Positions 60,646 to 64,000 of a stretch of DNA of 64,000 nt are shown in pieces. Origin of the DNA: Macrostomum lignano (Eukaryota); assembly GCA_002269645.1 (NCBI GenBank), contig NIVC01001100.1:124001-188000 (forward strand), given 5' to 3'. Numbering within the stretch: position 1 is the stretch's first letter; every line of letters starts with the position of its first letter. Below the pieces are notes generated by a model. The model had not been told where the DNA came from. It was given only the letters and a program-made list of their open reading frames with translations, and searched no databases. The translations under genes and the position numbers were made by a program.

Positions 60646-63144
60646 ATTTCTTTACCTGAGCTGGAAATTCTCAGGTAGGAAAGAAGCTGAGCGAAAAGTT
60701 AAAGAAATTTGGAACCTGCGCTCACTAACGTAAATTGTTTGGAGGAAATGGCTTTTTAGCTTTTTAGTACTTTTTTTGTAACAGTTGTATTACCTTTTTT
60801 CATATCGCCCTTCATTTTTTAGCGGAAAAACGTTGCGTTGTTTTAATTTCCCCAGCGAATTCTTTACTAGCGAAAGTGTCTCCAAAGTAACTATAGTGTT
60901 TGTATGGAATGTGTTTTAATTTTTTCCCTTGGAAGTTTTTAGCCATTGTTATTGTTGGTTTCTTGAGTCCTACTGGTAGGCCTTAAGCAAATTTTCAATC
61001 ACAATACCGTAGAAACATAACAATTAGATGGTTCACTCTGGAGCATTTTTGCTCTACATCTCAGGCTGGAATTGAAAAAGCAGAGAAGTTGCCAAAACTT
61101 CAGTTAGTGAGCTTTAGAGAGCAGTATATTGTATTGTCCAAGTCAATATCGTACTTGCAGATAGGAAAAGTATTAATGGCTGCTACTGAATCTGTGGTGA
61201 GTGGACTATCTAGTGTTTAAATTACTCGTAGTACCTTTATCCTTATCCAAATTTGAAATTAATTTGTGTGTTAATACCTGAATTGCACGTCGCGTGTTAT
61301 ATTTTATGCTTAGAAAAGTAACCCCACACCAAGACCATTTTTTCCATCTAACAACATCAATATTTATTTTTTTAGCGCCTTAGTAGAGTTTCCAATAAAA
61401 ATATATACTTTACTCTCTCGATGACTAGGTTGACTAGATGCTTTACGCTACATTAACACAGCATTGATTGATTCCGCACCGCTCACCACTCAAGTACTCG
61501 TAGAAGTAAAAAGCTCATTAGCGAATTAAGGAATTTTCCTGTTCCTAGCAGCAGCAAATTTTACTTGAGCCATCTCTGGCTTGCGTTATATCATGATAGA
61601 ACATTCACAACGATATGATTATGTGCCGTCGTGCCGAGATCTCCCACAAAAAAGACCGAAGACTTCGTGACCTATGCCGCTGAGAAAACTTCACAACAAG
61701 CGATTTTCCCCGCACCCTTGCACTAAGAACCCATGTTCTATCTACTATCTATCTATTGTATATACGCTAGTATAAACGTCTGTATTAACGTTTGACGTTT
61801 GAGAAGACCCACTCGTACTCTCATCTGAAGTTAAACAAGAAAAATCAGGAGGACTGTCGCAGCCGTCACGAAAAAAAGTACTAAACCGATATTTCCACAG
61901 TGGACTGGCCTTCGTCAGGGCTGCCAGCATATTCAACAAAATGCAATGAAAACATATGGTCATTGAGGACTAAAAAATATGCATTGAGAGTTAATTTATA
62001 CCCGGTAAAGTTGTGGTGACCCCGTCGCACGCTGCTCAATTGCTCACTCTATTGATAAAGATTTGATCAATGCCATCAGTGAGGCTAGGCAGTTTATAGG
62101 GCAGAGAATGTCCTTTAGAGAGCATGTTCGAGTGTACGCAGCAGCAGTTGCCCTTGTATATGGTTTCAGAGAACAGCGCGAATTTCGTGTACAATGCTTG
62201 TAGACCTGGGGACAGTGCTATGAAGCTCGGATTAGGAGTCAAGTGTCTCCTAACTCTTGATGCAGCAGCGCGTGCTAAGAAGAAGGAGCAAATTCTGGGA
62301 GTTAGAAGTGAATGAGGCCACGTTAGGGGTGAACTTAAAAAAGTGAGCGTATTATAAAACTAGGACTAAATATTCCACTCCTAACTGCTAAGCCAAGCGT
62401 TCAAGAGCCAATGGACTCTCCAAGATCAATCAAGAATAAGTCGTAGAGCATAAGAGACTGCACAAGGCTGCAAATCAACTTAGACTTGATTTAGATTGCG
62501 TAACCATATTGTTAATTGCTATGACTTCTTCTCTAGAGGAAGACAGTAAGACAAGATCAACAATGGTGGATTGTATATAGTAGGTAACCTCGTGAAATAA
62601 TGGCCAAACGCGAGTGCGCTAACGCACAGCGATGGTTCAATGAAAAATTTTTTAGCGGTCATTTCAGCCTATTTGAGTTTCGCGCGGCCATTGTTTCAGG
62701 CTAGCGAGGGCGGCCATTATTCAGCCCAACTGAAGGGACAGCTGGGTTGATTTGACCATAGACTATAAGAAACAGTATAGACTTGAACCAAGTGGTGTTT
62801 GGAACTTTGCATAAATGATCAAGAATTCAGACTTTAGTTGAAGTTTGGTCCCTAAAGCTTTCTGCTTTTTAACAGTTATTTTTATTTTTTATTATGGTGC
62901 TTATTACCTGGTCCAATCTTCCATTGGACAGCCTAAACGAAGTGAGTAGCAATGAATTAGAGTTTCTTTCTGAGATAAGTTTAAACGAGCATCAAAATGA
63001 CACCGGCTTGAGCGAGTTCATCAGCTGGATTGAAAATCCTGCGGCTGAGTCTGCAGACCTGCCCGAGCTGCCTATCGACGAAGATGCAATCTGCTCAATA
63101 TTGCCCTTGTAGTACCTCAGTAGTACCTCAGGTACTGCTTCTGT

Positions 63145-63490
63145 CGTGCAGGCAGTTGTCGTGCAGGCAGTTGTGCAGTCAGTTGTCGTGCAGGCAGTTG
63201 TCGTGCAGGCAGTTGTCGTGTTGTCGTGCAGGCAGTTGTCGTGCAGTCAGTTATCGTGCAGGCAGTTATCGTGCAGGCAGTTGTCGTGCAGGCAGTTGTC
63301 GTGTTGTCGTGCAGGCAGTTGTCGTGCAGGCAGTTGTCGTGCAGGCAGTTGTCGTGCAGGCAGTTGTCGTGTTGTCGTGCAGGCAGTTGTCGTGTTGTCG
63401 TGCAGGCAGTTGTCGTGTTGTCGTGCAGGCAGTTGTCGTGCAGGCAGTTGTCGTGCAGGCAGTTGTCGTGCAGGCAGTTGTCGTGCAGAC
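63145..63490. repeat. 15-nt (gtcgtgcaggcagtt) plus 8-nt (gtcgtgtt) repeat
   Basis: Direct reading. Confidence 0.95.
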
Positions 63491-64000
63491 ACTTGTCGTA
63501 GAAGTAGAACTATCTAAATTTGGGGGATCTGGAACGAGGTTGCTCTGAAAAAAACTTCCGCCCCCCCCCGAAGACAGGTGGCCTAATCTAAGGAAAAATC
63601 CTCCTGACTACACATTAGCATACCCGTGTCCGTCCCAAAAATTTAAATGAGAGAGAGAGAGAGAAGGCTGTGACAAAAAATAAATGGGTAAGCTTCACAA
63701 ACGTCCTCCAGCACAATGTCTGGCAAAATTGCGCAGGTCTTGCACGGCAGCAAGGCACAAGAAGGGTTAGGAAGCGGGTGGTGACTGGTTCTGTGCAAAG
63801 TTCGAGGCATTTTGTCTCCTTCTTTCTTCCTTACTTTTTGCTAGCATAACAATAGCTTATAGCTAAAAACCTAAAGAACTGTGGAGTGTGGAGGCAGGAC
63901 AAGGTTAGGTTGTGAGCTCTGAGTTGCCGCACCGAACTCCGCTCGCACCAGCAAAATCTTAGACGGCTGAGACTGCTAGACGTTCTATCGTTCAGAGGAG

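Noticed and set aside
62894-63112. Acidic 72-aa ORF as a downstream plakin exon
   Set aside because: The candidate acceptor near 62931 is phase 2 while the candidate donor at 60559 is phase 1; no recognisable domain.

Overview
Eukaryotic (animal) genomic DNA with GC-rich exons separated by introns full of micro- and minisatellites. This style is consistent with a Macrostomum-like flatworm, which is an inference I cannot verify here. Four spliced plus-strand genes can be modelled from GT-AG sites with matching phases: a Kelch-repeat protein (2942-7186), an ARH3/ADPRS-type ADP-ribosylhydrolase (14151-16695), an LRRFIP-family coiled-coil protein (37811-43466), and a plakin-domain (spectrin-repeat + SH3) protein (about 50826-60645). 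The plakin protein ends in a 6.2-kb exon built from two repeat types I do not recognise: a hierarchical 25/83/166-aa aromatic helical repeat, and 20 near-identical 69-aa Ser/Thr/Gly-rich, GSR-containing repeats. A decayed partial duplicate of that exon lies upstream (45887-48192). Also present are a 5'-truncated LINE, three copies of a tRNA-derived CORE-like SINE, a TIR-bounded element and a CCAAT/E-box palindrome inside an AT-rich, CpG-poor block that appears eroded by C-to-T changes, and about 30 tandem repeat arrays. Most long ORFs in the ORF track are repeat artefacts. I found no CRISPR array, rRNA or bona fide tRNA.
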